Shown: in pieces, positions 1 to 12,823 of the stretch
How the letters are laid out: every line of letters begins with the position of its first letter
Numbering within the stretch: position 1 is the stretch's first letter
Assembly: GCA_000165425.1 (NCBI GenBank)
Contig: CT868319.1
Span: 1-64,000, forward strand
Length of the DNA: 64,000 nt
Direction of reading: 5' to 3'
DNA from: Paramecium tetraurelia
Lineage: Eukaryota
Program-made: the position numbers and the translations under genes
Notes under the pieces: generated by a model
What the model saw: the letters and a program-made list of their open reading frames with translations, nothing else
The model's database searches: none
What the model was told of the DNA's origin: nothing

Positions 1-94
1 GACAGGAATGTCTTGAGCGTAGCCCGGGCGGTGAAAGACCTCCTATGAACTAATTTTGTAAGATTTTTCCTTTCAACTATTTGTCTTTAATCTC

Positions 95-166
95 AAACCC
101 TCACTTTCGCAACTGGTCCTCTTAAAACTTACGTTTTAATAGGACCATGTTGCGAAAATCGGGTTT
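95..166. repeat. Long imperfect palindrome (about 34-bp arms, 4-nt loop)
   Basis: Left arm aaaccctcactttcgcaactggtcctcttaaaac (95-128) versus reverse complement of 133-166, aaacccgattttcgcaacatggtcctattaaaac; loop ttac. Confidence 0.85.
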
Positions 167-220
167 TCACCCGACGCAACTTTCGGGAACCGTTTACCTT
201 AACCCCAACCGTACCTAGTA

Positions 221-269
221 TAAACGAGAGAGATATAAAATAGAGAATTGTTATAACTCTCTCAGTTTA
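221..269. repeat. Second imperfect palindrome (about 22-bp arms)
   Basis: taaacgagagagatataaaat (221-241) versus reverse complement of 247-269, taaactgagagagttataacaat. Confidence 0.75.
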
Positions 270-1191
270 GGGGGGGTAACCAACCCCAGAAAGTTGTTAG
301 TCAATCCATTAGATTAAACAGGTCTAGAATTCTTGAATTGTTAATCTGGTATGAAATTATTTATTGCTGAAGTTTGATAAATTTTTCAGTTTATACTTTT
401 AATATCAGAGAAAGTAATCGATTTAATGAATGCCTTCTGTAGGAACTAAAAGCTGTGTTGAAACATTAAAGTGGTTTCTGTAACCTCTGCTTCTGGATTA
501 AATGTTTTGTATTAATCAAATACATTAATTATTATTGTTTATTTTTGGAATTTTTTAGTGAATGAATATAATATTATAAGAAAGAGTAAATAAAGCATGA
601 ATTAAGCAAACACATACTGTGGAGTAATTAGCTAGTATTTTAACAACGAAAAAGAAATACTTAGAGTATTCTATAAATAGATAACATCCTGATTCAGTAA
701 TAACTTACTAATACTAAGGGTTACTTATTTAAATTTCTTAAGGATGATTAAACTTATGATATTAATAAAGAATTAATTTAATTGAAGAATTAAAATAATT
801 AATTTGTAAAATTCTTTGTTATTTTTATTGATAACATCATTTATTTCAATTTTCAATCTAATCGAATCTAGCTGATTTGACTACTTGATTGGAACTGTTT
901 TACCAGGGACTAAAAATTAAATTAATAAAATTACATTGAATTAATGATTACTTCGAATATCTATGATTCAAATCTAGGTTTAGAAAAATTTAATTATATC
1001 TTGTAGTTGATTCCTGAAACAAATTATTCTTAAAACGCAATAAATGGAATCAAACTGAAATCCATCTTGGTAAAGGATTGAATTTAATATTAATTTCCTT
1101 TAATGGGTTTCTTCAATGAACCAAGGAATTAAACTGTTTAAAGTTCCGGCAGGTTTCACTTTAACCCCCATGATTCCCTGAGGCTTATTTT

Positions 1192-1341
1192 NNNNNNNNN
1201 NNNNNNNNNNNNNNNNNNNNNNNNNNNNNNNNNNNNNNNNNNNNNNNNNNNNNNNNNNNNNNNNNNNNNNNNNNNNNNNNNNNNNNNNNNNNNNNNNNNN
1301 NNNNNNNNNNNNNNNNNNNNNNNNNNNNNNNNNNNNNNNNN
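1192..1341. other. Assembly gap (run of N)
   Basis: 150 N characters. Confidence 0.99.
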
Positions 1342-1477
1342 GTATCGATTTAAAAGTATCAATATCTTATTCTAAATGATATTAATCCTTAGTTTATTCC
1401 AATAACTCTTGCATAGATTGTACTCTTGAGAGTGCAGTCAAGCACAACAATGACATCACCAATGATAGATATTTCAT
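1342..1477 (-). CDS. 5' part of a possible secreted protein running into the gap
   Basis: Ciliate-code translation MKYLSLVMSLLCLTALSRVQSMQELLEQTKDQYHLEQDIDTFKSI; signal-peptide-like start; truncated by the gap. Confidence 0.35.
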
Positions 1478-1898
1478 TATTTTAATATTTATCTTTGAAG
1501 TAATCTATTACCCATTTATATAGTGCTTAATCTGTGGTTAACTTTGTATTTAAAGACAATATTCCATAAAATTGATTATATATAATGATGAATCCACACA
1601 TTAGGAAGCTAGACATGTAAGTCTACTTTCACCCCTTAAAAATTCAATAAGCAAGAAAAATTTAAAAACTGACATCTTCATCCTATTTCTCTTACAAGAA
1701 ATCCTTTTTTTGCTTGATTGTGTGAGGATGTTGATAGCGCTAATATGTACAAATACTGCAAACAATGGATGGATTGAGTGAATATTTTGAGATTTTGTTT
1801 TTGGAATTATGTTTGGAGAATGGGTTTGTAAATTTGATGAAAACGTACATTGTATATTATATATGTACAAAACAAGATATTTAAACGAGGTGAATATA

Positions 1899-1938
1899 CT
1901 TACCCCTTAGTTAAATACCCTTACCCCTTAGCTAAATA
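1899..1938. repeat. Tandem duplication, period 21 nt
   Basis: cttaccccttagttaaata (1899-1917) and cttaccccttagctaaata (1920-1938). Confidence 0.85.
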
Positions 1939-3550
1939 TGTATCCGTTATAAAGATACAAGAACAGAATTTAGGATCTGAAATTTGTAATTTAAAATTCT
2001 AGTGAAAACAATCGGTACAATGAAAATGCTTTGCGATTGATGGTCTAATTCAATGAGATATTCGAGATTAGGCAATGTTCATATTTATAGAGATTAATCA
2101 ATAATAAACCCTGTTTTGTAATATATGCTATATAAAAATGAGACCCAATCTATGGATGCTTATTGTTATATCTACCTAAATAAAGTATTTTACAAATGAA
2201 AAATTTTTTTAAGTATGAAAATATCCTAATTACATGAATGTACAAGAAATTTTAAAATTAAGCAATTAAGTTTATTAATTAGAGTTTATAAAAATTATAA
2301 ATATAATGAATATAGAATCAAATTTGCGGAATAAATAGTTGACTGTAGAATAGAGAGAATTAGGTGGAAAAAGTTAAACCTATAAAAATAAGCATCAATA
2401 TTTAAGCATTTTATCTTTTTAACTTTTATCTTCTAATTTATAATAATTAGCTTACCTTTTTGTAATTCTTTATCTAATTAATTATTATAAGATTACCAAG
2501 TGAATTCTAATTATTCAGTTGAAAATTTGATTTGCAGCTAAAATGATATCAAAAAATCTCTAATGATTCATTATCCCTACATATAATTGATATAATGATC
2601 CATAAATAATCATTAAAAGTAATCAATAAGGTACAATTAAATAATTTGGGTTCTTCTATTTCCAAAGAGATATATTAAAGTATATGTGGTTTTGATAGCT
2701 TTGATTGAAATCGTAATTATATTATCTCCATAAACTTACAATCAGTAAGGACTATCTTTGAAAAACCTTATATAAAAAATTCAGAATTAGAAGTTAATTA
2801 AACAATAACAAGTGCTGAATAAGAATTAATTATTATTATAAAATAATTTTTCGTAAATGTTAATTTAAGTATCTCATCTATAGATAATCAATGCATCAAT
2901 TTTCTACTATTCCCTCTTTAAAAAAAATTTAATGACCAAATATTAAATTGAATATCAAACAATAAAAGTCTCATGAATCTGTAAAATATAAATCAATCAA
3001 AATATTTGTAAGGTTGGATATTTATGAGGAAAATTTAATTTATTTACTATCTTATTAAATGCAAAAGAGGATTAAATAGAAGTAGCAGAAATGAATTTAG
3101 GATCAAACATCAAATGAAGATTATAAATGAAGTTTTCATAGCTTGAAAATTTGTAAGTTGAACTTTTTGTTTGTGCTTTATTCAGTATTGATTTTAAGAA
3201 TTTTATATATAATCATTAAATAGAAAAAAATATCAAGAACTAACAAATGTTATACAATTTTAAATATTATTAATTTCTCCATCCTTCAAGAACTAAAATT
3301 ATATTATTTCATATTATCTTGCTTCTTATATAATCCTTTACAATTTGCTAAAATTATGTAAAGGTTTAGATTATTTCTGTATCGGCAGCTATTGTAATTA
3401 GTAATATATTGCAATGTACAACAATTTAATTTAAACTATAATGCTATCAGAATATAAATATTGATATATTTTAGTTTATGGAAATTTATATGAGAAATTG
3501 CTCCCACTAATGAACTTTATCATTTTAAAATAATAATAAAAATTGTGATG

Positions 3551-4002
3551 TCAATTCTTAGTAGCTTTTTCTTTTTCTATTTTTTTGATCATCAAATTTA
3601 AATAGTTCTTTAAAATTGGTTAACCTTTTGCATTTTTCTAAGTAAAAACTTTTTTAATTTATTTTCTTTCCTTTTTTTTGTTTATATTTTTCTTAATCTC
3701 TAAACTATTTTGCTTTTGATTTTAATTAGGCTTAATTTCTTAATTTTCTTGACTTTGATTGTTGTCTTACTCAAAAAGCTTGATTGCTAATTTGAATTAT
3801 ATACCTCTTTATAAAATGATTGTTTTTTTTCAGCCAAAATGTCCTTTTCAAGTTTTTCATTCAATTCTTAATTAAAGTATTTTTCTTTTTGTCTAAATTT
3901 CCTTTATAATGTACACTCTCTGATTTTTTCCTTTTGAATTCCTAATTTACTTTAATAATTACTTAATCGCTTCCTTTCCTAAAGAATTGCATTGACATCC
4001 AT
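3551..4002 (-). CDS. FYV7: rRNA-processing protein, Fyv7/TAP26 (CCDC59) family
   Basis: Basic helical protein MDVNAILQERKRLSNY..., one 26-nt intron, ending in the family motif KVFTQKNAKGQPILKNYLNLMIKKIEKE. Confidence 0.75.
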
Positions 4003-4021
4003 TAATATAAAAATTATTAAT

Positions 4022-5599
4022 TCAATTAAAATTTATTTCACATTTATTTAAAGGCCTTCCTGAAAGTGTTTTTAAACCACTACCCAATATTTCAACTTCG
4101 ACAAAATCTCCAATAGCATAGATATTATTATCATTCTGGAATACGACACCTTTGTTGGAATCTGTTCGACCTTTGAGTTGATTAGGTTTATTCCCTAATT
4201 ATTCAACTAAAACGATATGTTTCCTAAATTATAAAATTCAATTACTTTCCAATCTCAAGTGAATTCTTATAATTCATTATTTTGTGTTATTGTTCAATCA
4301 GCTTTTCAAGACGACTTGATTTGACACTTTCAGGTACATTATCTTATAAGTTTCTATACGCGTGTGTTTTTTCCCTCATCGAATAAGCAAACATAAACGC
4401 CTAATGAAATGCATATCTTACATTTTCAAATTAAACAAGTTATAACAAACTTAATGTTTATTCAAAATCGTACTCAGTCTCATCACAAAAACCAACAATT
4501 ACATCGGTTGACAAGGTTACATTAGGAATTAATGTTCTTGCTTCATTACATAAATCCACAATTGCCCCTCTTGTGTAATTTCTTCTCATTTTTTTCAATA
4601 TTTCATCTGAACCTGATTGTATAGGTATGTGGATACTAAATTACAAAATCTGTACTTCTTGCAAATATTTGGGTGTTTTGCAATTACTTCTAAAACTTTC
4701 TTTGGAAAATTCTTTGGATGAGGTGAAGTAAATCTAATTCTCGTTTTTGGAAATTTAACTGCAATTTCATCCAAGAGTTAATCAAATCTTAAGCCATTTC
4801 CAGATCTCAATTTATATAGTTCTGTAAAGCCAACTGTGTTTTCATGTTAACTTGATATTTTTTCATCTTGAAAAAAGTAACTATTTACATTTTAACCAAG
4901 GAGAGTGACTTCCTTTATTCCTTTTTAGGTTAAAATTTGTATTTCTTCTAAAATACTTTCAGGATTTCTGCTCCTTTCTCTTCCTCTTGTGAAAGGAACA
5001 ACACAAAATGAACACATATTATTGCATCCTCTCATTATAGAAACATATGTTGTGATGCTATCAGTAGGATTAATTGGAAGAATATCGTCGTAAGTTTCTG
5101 TTAATGAAAGATTTGTGTCAATTTATTTATCTCTTGTTAATTGAAAAGAGTTTAACAGTGTAGGTAGGGATTTATAACTATCTGGGCCTACAATAATGTT
5201 TGCTCCTTAGACGAATAACTGTTCTTTAAGTCTTTCTGCCATACATCCTAAAATGCCTAAAACTTTATTTTAAGATTTTAATTCTGACATTCTTTGAAAC
5301 ACTTTTTTCTCAGCATTTGCTCTTATTGAACAAGTATTTAAGAATATGATATCAGCTTCAGAGATGTCGTTTGTATTAGAATACCCCTCACTTGATAAAA
5401 TTGATTACACAATTTAAGAATCATTTGCATTCATTTAACACCCATATGTTTCAATAAAAAATTTAGGCCCATTATTAGTGTTATTGACTTAAGGGTCTTA
5501 CTACTTCATGAATTCAGATAAAGAGGGAATTTCATTGATGCTTCTTTTAGAAGTTGAAAAGTAATTTCTGGGAAACCTTTGAATTAATTTTCTGAACAT
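4022..5599 (-). CDS. CDK5RAP1: Mitochondrial tRNA methylthiotransferase (MiaB-type radical SAM)
   Basis: Presequence-like [41 protein letters not shown]; radical SAM triad [14 protein letters not shown]-terminal TRAM-like region; two introns of about 20-21 nt. Confidence 0.95.
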
Positions 5600-5675
5600 A
5601 TAATTATTTTATTTCAAGACTTATTAATTGTAAAAACATAGTTACTTATTTGTTATTTGATATTTTTAATAAATA

Positions 5676-8256
5676 ATGTAATACACACAAACGCAGCTAG
5701 AAATCAGCTTAGCTAGTTTTAAGGATATAAGAAACAATTTGAAGGATGAATTTTAAGATTACATTCTACAAAATAACTCAAAAGACAAGGAGACACCTAA
5801 CAATTTTGGAATTATCTTAAAGGAGTTAAAAAATAAGAATCAATAAAAGCAATAGTAACTAGCTATGAATTCCCCTCCTGATTTTTCATAAGCGTCTACT
5901 TATTCATAAAATGTAATTGATCGTGGCATTTATTTAGTATTAATTTTCAAAATCAGGTGATGAAACCGAAAGATTAACAAAAGAGTTGGAAGTTCAAAAG
6001 TCTTTAATTTAAAGCGAAGTAGAACTTAAAAAATCTATCAATTTCATCAAAAAGCAAATTTATCCTTTACAAGAATATGCTAATCAGCTGTCTCTATAGT
6101 AAAAGTAGGCAGAAAGTGAATGCAAAACAGCTGAGTCTGAATCTGTATGATTATATATTAAATTAGAAAGAATAGAATAAAAAAAACAATTGGCGAACTA
6201 TAATCTTCCATTGCTAGGTTAAAGTATTAAAGATAATAATATCGTGATTTTATCTATGAGCAAAGTATGAAAGTAGAACAAAATCTAAAATAAGAACAAA
6301 GCACCCTTGAATAATAAAATGAAGCAGTTGAGAATTTGGTCTAAACAATAGCCAAATAGAAGGCTTAAATTGAAGATCTAATAAAATAATAATATGAAAA
6401 AATGGAAAAAAGCGAATAATAAAGAATTACAATATAGAACTACTTGGCACTAACAAAATTATATGAATTTTGCACTAACTAGATAGAATAATTAAATGTG
6501 AATGATAATACATAAAGAATCAGCAGCGAATCTGAATCTTCAGGCAGAGATGATTTATACTCAGATTAAGAGGACTCAATAATCACAACCAATAATTTTT
6601 TTTAAACTCAAGTTCAAGCATCATCTTAGCCAAGATCAAAACAGCGAATACCAACACCAAAGAAAAAAAAGAAGGAAAAAAAGAAATTAACTTATCCATA
6701 ATTAATGGAGAAGTTTTAGAAATCAAAGGAATTACTTTCAAAAATTAAAAATGATGTCGATATCAATATCATGGAATAATTTATTTTGAATCATTATTAA
6801 GAAGAATCTGAAATACAAAGATAATTAGCAGATCAACATTAGGTTTTATAAGAATCAAAAGATGAGTATTTACATGAAATTTAGATGCTAAACGATAAAG
6901 TATTACCAATTATGTTATTTTAGCTAAATCTGACAGATGATGTAAGAGAAAAATTAGTAAGATGTCAAGAACCCACATCTGAAAACTTTAATTAGAAAAT
7001 CTTAACTCATAAAATTGCTAATACAAGTAATGAGAATGAATTGCAGATCATAAAATAAACTGATAAATTGATTAAGTTGGAGGCGTTGTTCTTTACTTTG
7101 AATACTAGAGCCATGTCACTTTTAAGAAGAATATGTTCTATTTTATAGAATATATAATAGATAAGTGAGAAGTTAGATAATCGAATAATTAATGTTTATT
7201 AAAATGCAGTGCTAACTGTTGGCCTACTAAGATCAAATAATGAGCTAGACTTGAATCAATTTCCCAAATTTAAGAAACTTTTAAAAGGAAATAATCTTAC
7301 TTTGATTTACTGTGATTAACAAGTATTTTAAGAGTTCTGTGAAAAAGTTGAAAATTTAACTGATGATGGCTTATCTACAAACTTTTAATTATTAATTGAA
7401 ATGTGTATGACAAGAATAGCTGGAGAAACTTAATGTATTTATGAATAGATTTCAACTATTTGTAATTGTCTCAAAGATGAAGTAAGAAGATTATGCAATT
7501 ATGGAAGTCTAAGATCTTTTAGAGACTTAACGAGTTTGCCAATAACAAATTTAGCTAATTCATATAATGCCCCTACTATGAGAAAATTAAAAGAATATTC
7601 AGACTCTAAATAATCAGAAGTCACTAGCAAGAAATCAATGGAGAGATTTGAGTAATATTTTTCAAATTATAAGGAAAAAATCATTATTGGCAGATGAGTT
7701 TAAATTTGTTATTGAATAAAACGAAAAAAGCTTAAACGAAGACGACATAGATGAATTCTATTATCAAATAAAAAAAGAAATAGAAGCCAAGCCATCAACT
7801 AAAACAACAAGAATTGAGACAGCCAATCTAACAAAAACAACATTGGTTTACGATTAACCTTAAAAAAGTAAAATGACAGAATTTTTTAGATCAAATTCTA
7901 AGGTTTCTTAATCCTTAAGGAGAATTTAATCATGTAAAGTTAATATTAAACTATTAGAAGGATAATTTATAGACGCTTAATCAAAGAACTTTAGGTAGTT
8001 TCTTGAGAAAGAGTAAAAACATATAGAGCTATTGTCAAGAATGAATCGTACTGGGAGCACATCTGCATTTTAACCTACAACATTAAGACCGAAGTCTCAG
8101 GAGAAAACTCGAGTTCTAAATATCTTACCAAGAACAATCAGCACATCATAATAATAAAGATCTGCAAGAAAAAAAATTGTTGCTTTACAACTTGAAAAGG
8201 ATATGAAACGATTGAATGATCAAGTAGGTAGATTTACAAAACTAAAGTTGAATTGA
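5676..8256 (+). CDS. Large coiled-coil hypothetical protein
   Basis: Long ciliate-code frame from MQYTQTQLEISLASF with several short introns; Q/E/K-rich heptads; TGA at 8254-8256. Intron boundaries only partly verified. Confidence 0.7.
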
Positions 8257-8302
8257 TTGGGATTGTAATTAATAATTTTATTTATGTTATAATCGAATCT
8301 AA

Positions 8303-10456
8303 TCATTTCTTCGATGATTTTGTTCCTGATTTAACTGATTTAGCAACTGGATTAGACTTTTATGACTATGAATCTTTAGGAGCTTATTGTGACTATTGTT
8401 AGGACTGCTGTTGAATTTCGTTCGATTTTTTGACGCTTTAAACAGTGGGGAGTTCTTATTGTGCTTTGGAGTTTATTACAGATTCGGGCATTTTCCAAAT
8501 GAATATGGCTCCTTCTGCACCTACAGAAATAATGGATTTTTGATCTGGACTGATTGTAATCTAAGAATTATCGCAAATAGTACTCTAGTGATTGAACCAG
8601 AATGACCTTATCCTTTAAAATAGCAGATTCCTTCATCATAACCCCACAGCTTAACTTCTTTATCTTCTCCTCCAGAAACAAAATGCTCTCCTTCTTTAGT
8701 TATAGCAAGTGCATTGACTTCTCCTTCTTCTGATCCATCCAACATTCTGATTGCCTAACCATCGAAGGTTTCCCAATAAGTAATCTATAGATTTAGTAAT
8801 AATACAAATATTTACTTTTCTATCACTTCCGGTTGTGAGTAATTGACTTTCTTCTGGATGATAAAGTACCATTTTAAATAAAGTGCTTTCGAAAAGACAC
8901 ATAACTCTGGTAAATGATTTGAGATCCCAAATAATGCAAGAACCATCTGCACTGGCACTGACAGCTTATTCATTATTTCTTCTAACTTGAATTGACCATA
9001 CTCTTCCTCTGTGTTCTTTCATGGATGACTTCATAACTTAAGTTTGTTTGCCTATTTCCCAAACTCTAACTTCTCCTTCAGATCCTCCAGAGATGATTCT
9101 TTGGCAATCTGAAGTGCAGGTCAAAGATGTGCATCCATGAATATGTGCATCATTTATGACATACATCAATCTACCTGATTGAGGCAAGAATGCTCTGATT
9201 TTACCATCACTCCATCCACTCACTATACTTTTGCCGTCATTCATAAATGCAACTGCCCAGCATTCTAAATTAGGGACTTAGATTCTTAATAATTCTTATC
9301 TATTTTTAGCATTCCAAACTCTGATGTCATTCAAAGAACTAGTGGCGAAGACATCTGAATAGTTATGAGGAAAAGCAACATCATTAATTCTTTCATAATG
9401 ACAAGTGTTTCTTAACTCAGGAATTAATCGCTCTGTGTCCAACCAATAAATATTGCTCTATACTGTTCCAGTAAAAAAATGAGTATAATCATTTGTGAAT
9501 GTAATTGAAGTTACTCCTCCTAAAAGTTCGCTGCTTGCTACTATTTGCATTGTTTAGAATGACACTTTAGCTATCATACCATCACCAGCACCAACAATAA
9601 TATCACCATTAGGTAATAAACCCAAACAATTAACTCCTTGACTGAATAACTTCTTTACTGGAGCTAGTCTTTTATATATGGCCATATCCATTTGAATTTC
9701 AAACACATCTCCTGTTTTAGTACCACAATAGCAATATTTGTCATTTTTATCTATAGCAACACATGTGAATGTACGTTTTACGTTACCAAAGCTCACGTCA
9801 ACAGATTAAATCTTTCTTATAGATTTATACTATACCTTTTTATTTTATTTATCAATTGTTAAAATTTAAACTCCAGTATTTAAAACTGCTATCATTTTTT
9901 CATCTGATTAGTTGTAGAACTAAACTTGATTGACTGGATCTCTATTAGGAGTACCGTACAAGGCTTTTCCTGCTTTGATATCCCAAACAATCAACATATT
10001 TTTATCATCAATTCCTCCTAATGAGGCTAAGTATAATTCATTGTAAGAAAAACTGAGCGATTGAATCAATACTTTATGTAATTTCAATCTGTGAATCATG
10101 CTTCTTTCCTTGAAATCCCAAATTATTATATCAGCTTAGAATCCCATGTAAGTCCTTTATCCAGAAGCAACATAATCACCTGAACGAGAAACTGTTATCA
10201 CAGAGATCTAATTATCATGTCCTCTAAACAAGATTAATGTTAAAATATACCTTAAAAATGTTTAAGCTCTACTAATTATATGTCGAACAACAATAGTGGA
10301 ACCTAATGGATAGATAATATGCTTTTGATGATTATTCAAACAATACCTCATTATCTGGATGCAATATCAAGCCCTAAGTAATTTTACCTGAAATGATTAT
10401 GTTGTCAATATACCTGTAAATCCAATAACTGCTTGTATTTCAAGTTCTGATAACAT
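8303..10456 (-). CDS. CFAP52: Cilia- and flagella-associated WD40 protein 52 (WDR16)
   Basis: Spliced N-terminus MLSELEIQAVIGFTGKITQGLILHPDNEHIIYPLGSTIVV...GHDNQISVITVSRSGDYVASGQRTYMGFQADIIIWDF matches the CFAP52 consensus; WD repeats throughout (IVSGWSDGKIRAFLPQSG). Confidence 0.93.
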
Positions 10457-10555
10457 TATTTGTATTTTTATTTTTCAAATTATATACTTCAATATTTTAA
10501 TTAAAAACTGTTGTATTTTAGACATAAATTTATAAATCTTATGAAAATTAATTAA

Positions 10556-11242
10556 TCAAACAGTCCAGAACTCTTCATTTTCTTATTTTTCTAATCTTAC
10601 TCTTATGTCTCTATTCACATTTTCAAGAACCTAATTTAAATCTCAATATTAATTTACTATTTTCCATAAATTAGATGAAAATTCGTCTTAATAAAATGAT
10701 TTAACATCGTTCTTCTCCTTCTGTAGATTGATCTTTTTGCGCTCGTAAACCACAGTTTGAATTATGGAATTAGAAATGCTGTCTGCTATCATTCTTTCTT
10801 TGGCAATTTGAACTTCATTAGAAATTTTATTTGACTTTGATTCGGAAAATAGGTTTGCTTATATTTAGTAAAGCAAAAGGGCAAAGGCTATAATACTCAA
10901 AAAAACTAGTATCTTAAACAAAACAAATTTAGTTTTTTATTAATTATTAAATGTCCTCTTCAACATTTTAGACTTACGATCATCATAATCGGATGAACTG
11001 AGTCTGGGAGTCGAAGTAAATGAAGTAATACTACTTTTTGGGGTTATGATATTGTTTTTTGAGGATTTGAGTTCTTAAATAGTTGATTTTGCAGTCTCAA
11101 AGTGTTGGGGAAATACGACTGAATTTTGAGCAAAAGGTTTTGATATGCTGTCATTTTATTTAGTTGATAACTTATTAAAAGTTAGTTTTCTGTTAGAAAT
11201 ATTTGAAAGAGGTCTTTGAATTGGGGAATTACTTCGATTCAT
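10556..11242 (-). CDS. Single-TM protein with Man1/Src1 C-terminal (MSC)-like tail; possible inner nuclear membrane protein
   Basis: S/P/K-rich N-terminus, TM FVLFKILVFLSIIAFALLLY, tail NLWKIVLENVNRDIRVRLEKQENEEFWTV; one 27-nt intron; 219 aa. Confidence 0.6.
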
Positions 11243-11279
11243 TATGAATTCAAATTTTTAATTTATTTATTTATCGTTA

Positions 11280-12797
11280 ATGTTAATTCTAAAAAAGAGA
11301 TATTATCCATTTTCGTGGTTATTAGGAATTTTGCTAATTCTTTCGATATTCTATCAAGAATATCAAAGTCTTTCTTACACATCATAAATGATTGTATTAC
11401 TCTTAAAATCACATTATGAAGGTTTTAGATTGAATATTTTCTTTTATGCTCTAAGTTTACTACTAGATGTGTGTAGATTGAAGATACTAAGTCTTGGAGC
11501 AATAATTCTCTATTTTTATTTGACTCACAAGTTAAACAACTACTATCTGCCAGATGGAGGAAGTCCTGTAGGTCATTTATATTTGAAAGGAGGCATACTT
11601 AATGACTACAAACACATTCCAGAAATGGCAATCTATTATCCTGCATCGATTGAAGATTGCAAAAAGCGTAAAAAAGGGTTCAAGTGGCTAAAAGTTAAGG
11701 ATTACGCAAAAAAAATGGATGATACTGCTAAAAAGGACGTACGCAGAAAAAGGAGGGTTCCCTATCTCTTTTTTAAAATTGTAGTTTCACAATTCTATAA
11801 GTTTATGATAAATGTGTATGAAAACGCATAAATTGACATAAATTTTGCAGAAACATCAACCAATCTTGCTAAATTTTCAGTGATAGTATTAAGTCATGGA
11901 TTGGCTTCACATTGTGATGGATACTCTGTTGTGGCTAGATATTTGGCCTAGTAAGGTCATATTGTCTTTGTTCCAGAACATATCGAGAATATTCGGAATA
12001 TTTACTTAACTAATGAAGAAAATAGAGAATATAGAAAATTGTAATTAGTAGATAGGTAACGAATTACATCATTCTAACCCTTAGAATAAATGCAGTAAAG
12101 CAGGTCTTAGATATAATATACAATCAAAAACTCTTCTCGGAACTTTTCAAGCATCCTGACAAAAAGATACAACCAGATTATGATTAAATTTCGATCATCG
12201 GCCATTCTTTTGGTGGATCGACTGCATATGCAATAGCTCAAACTGAGAAGAGAATCACAGGAGCTTGCATTCTATATGATCCAGTATTTATTGATTTTAT
12301 AACTTAGTGTCTGTATATTTTCGACTTTGAAGAAAAGGTAAAATTGCACATTCCGTTGATGAGCATAAATGCCGATGATTTCTATAGAAGATTGTATTCA
12401 TTTATGGAGAACGACGAAAGATTGGAGAAGGCATTCCAATTGATCGATGTAATGATATGATCTATTGAAGGGACCTATTTCAGATCATTGTGCTAATATT
12501 TATATCAAGGACCAATAACATGCAGATTTCTCTGATATCCCAATTATTTGGAATGGTGAAAGTGGACTTTATAGTATATCTAAAAATGTTCATGAAGTGC
12601 ATTTGAGATTTGGAATGATTTTGCTATTGACGAAGATATTTTTAGAAGAATCGAAATAATATCATAAAATTAAACATAATAAACAGATGATAAATGGCAA
12701 TGAGGAATTAAAATCCATAATACTAAAAGAGGTGGAGAAGAGTTTTGGTGCTCAAAGATTAAAATTGTTGAGATGGAAAGCCGTTCAAAATGAATGA
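11280..12797 (+). CDS. PAF-acetylhydrolase-like alpha/beta hydrolase with hydrophobic N-terminus
   Basis: VIVLSHGLASHCDGYSVVARYLAQQGHIVFVPEH, nucleophile elbow GHSFGG, LYDP and QHADFSD; three introns; in-frame alternative starts at 11244 and 11388. Confidence 0.85.
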
Positions 12798-12823
12798 TTA
12801 ATATAATTAAAAATAATATTATA

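Noticed and set aside
201..210. aaccccaacc resembling a telomeric CCCCAA unit
   Set aside because: Single unit, no tandem array.
300..1191. Long TGA-poor minus-strand frames next to the palindromes, considered as a transposase or viral gene
   Set aside because: No recognisable motif; several frames look equally open because only TGA is a stop; sequence quality near the gap is doubtful.
1601..2141. Divergent short ORFs starting at 1850 (minus) and 1863 (plus)
   Set aside because: No family motif; ORFs of this length arise by chance with a single stop codon.
2306..3500. Gene-like AT-rich stretch beginning MNIESNLRNKQ
   Set aside because: Repeated TGAs in all frames tried and no consistent intron model; probably a remnant.
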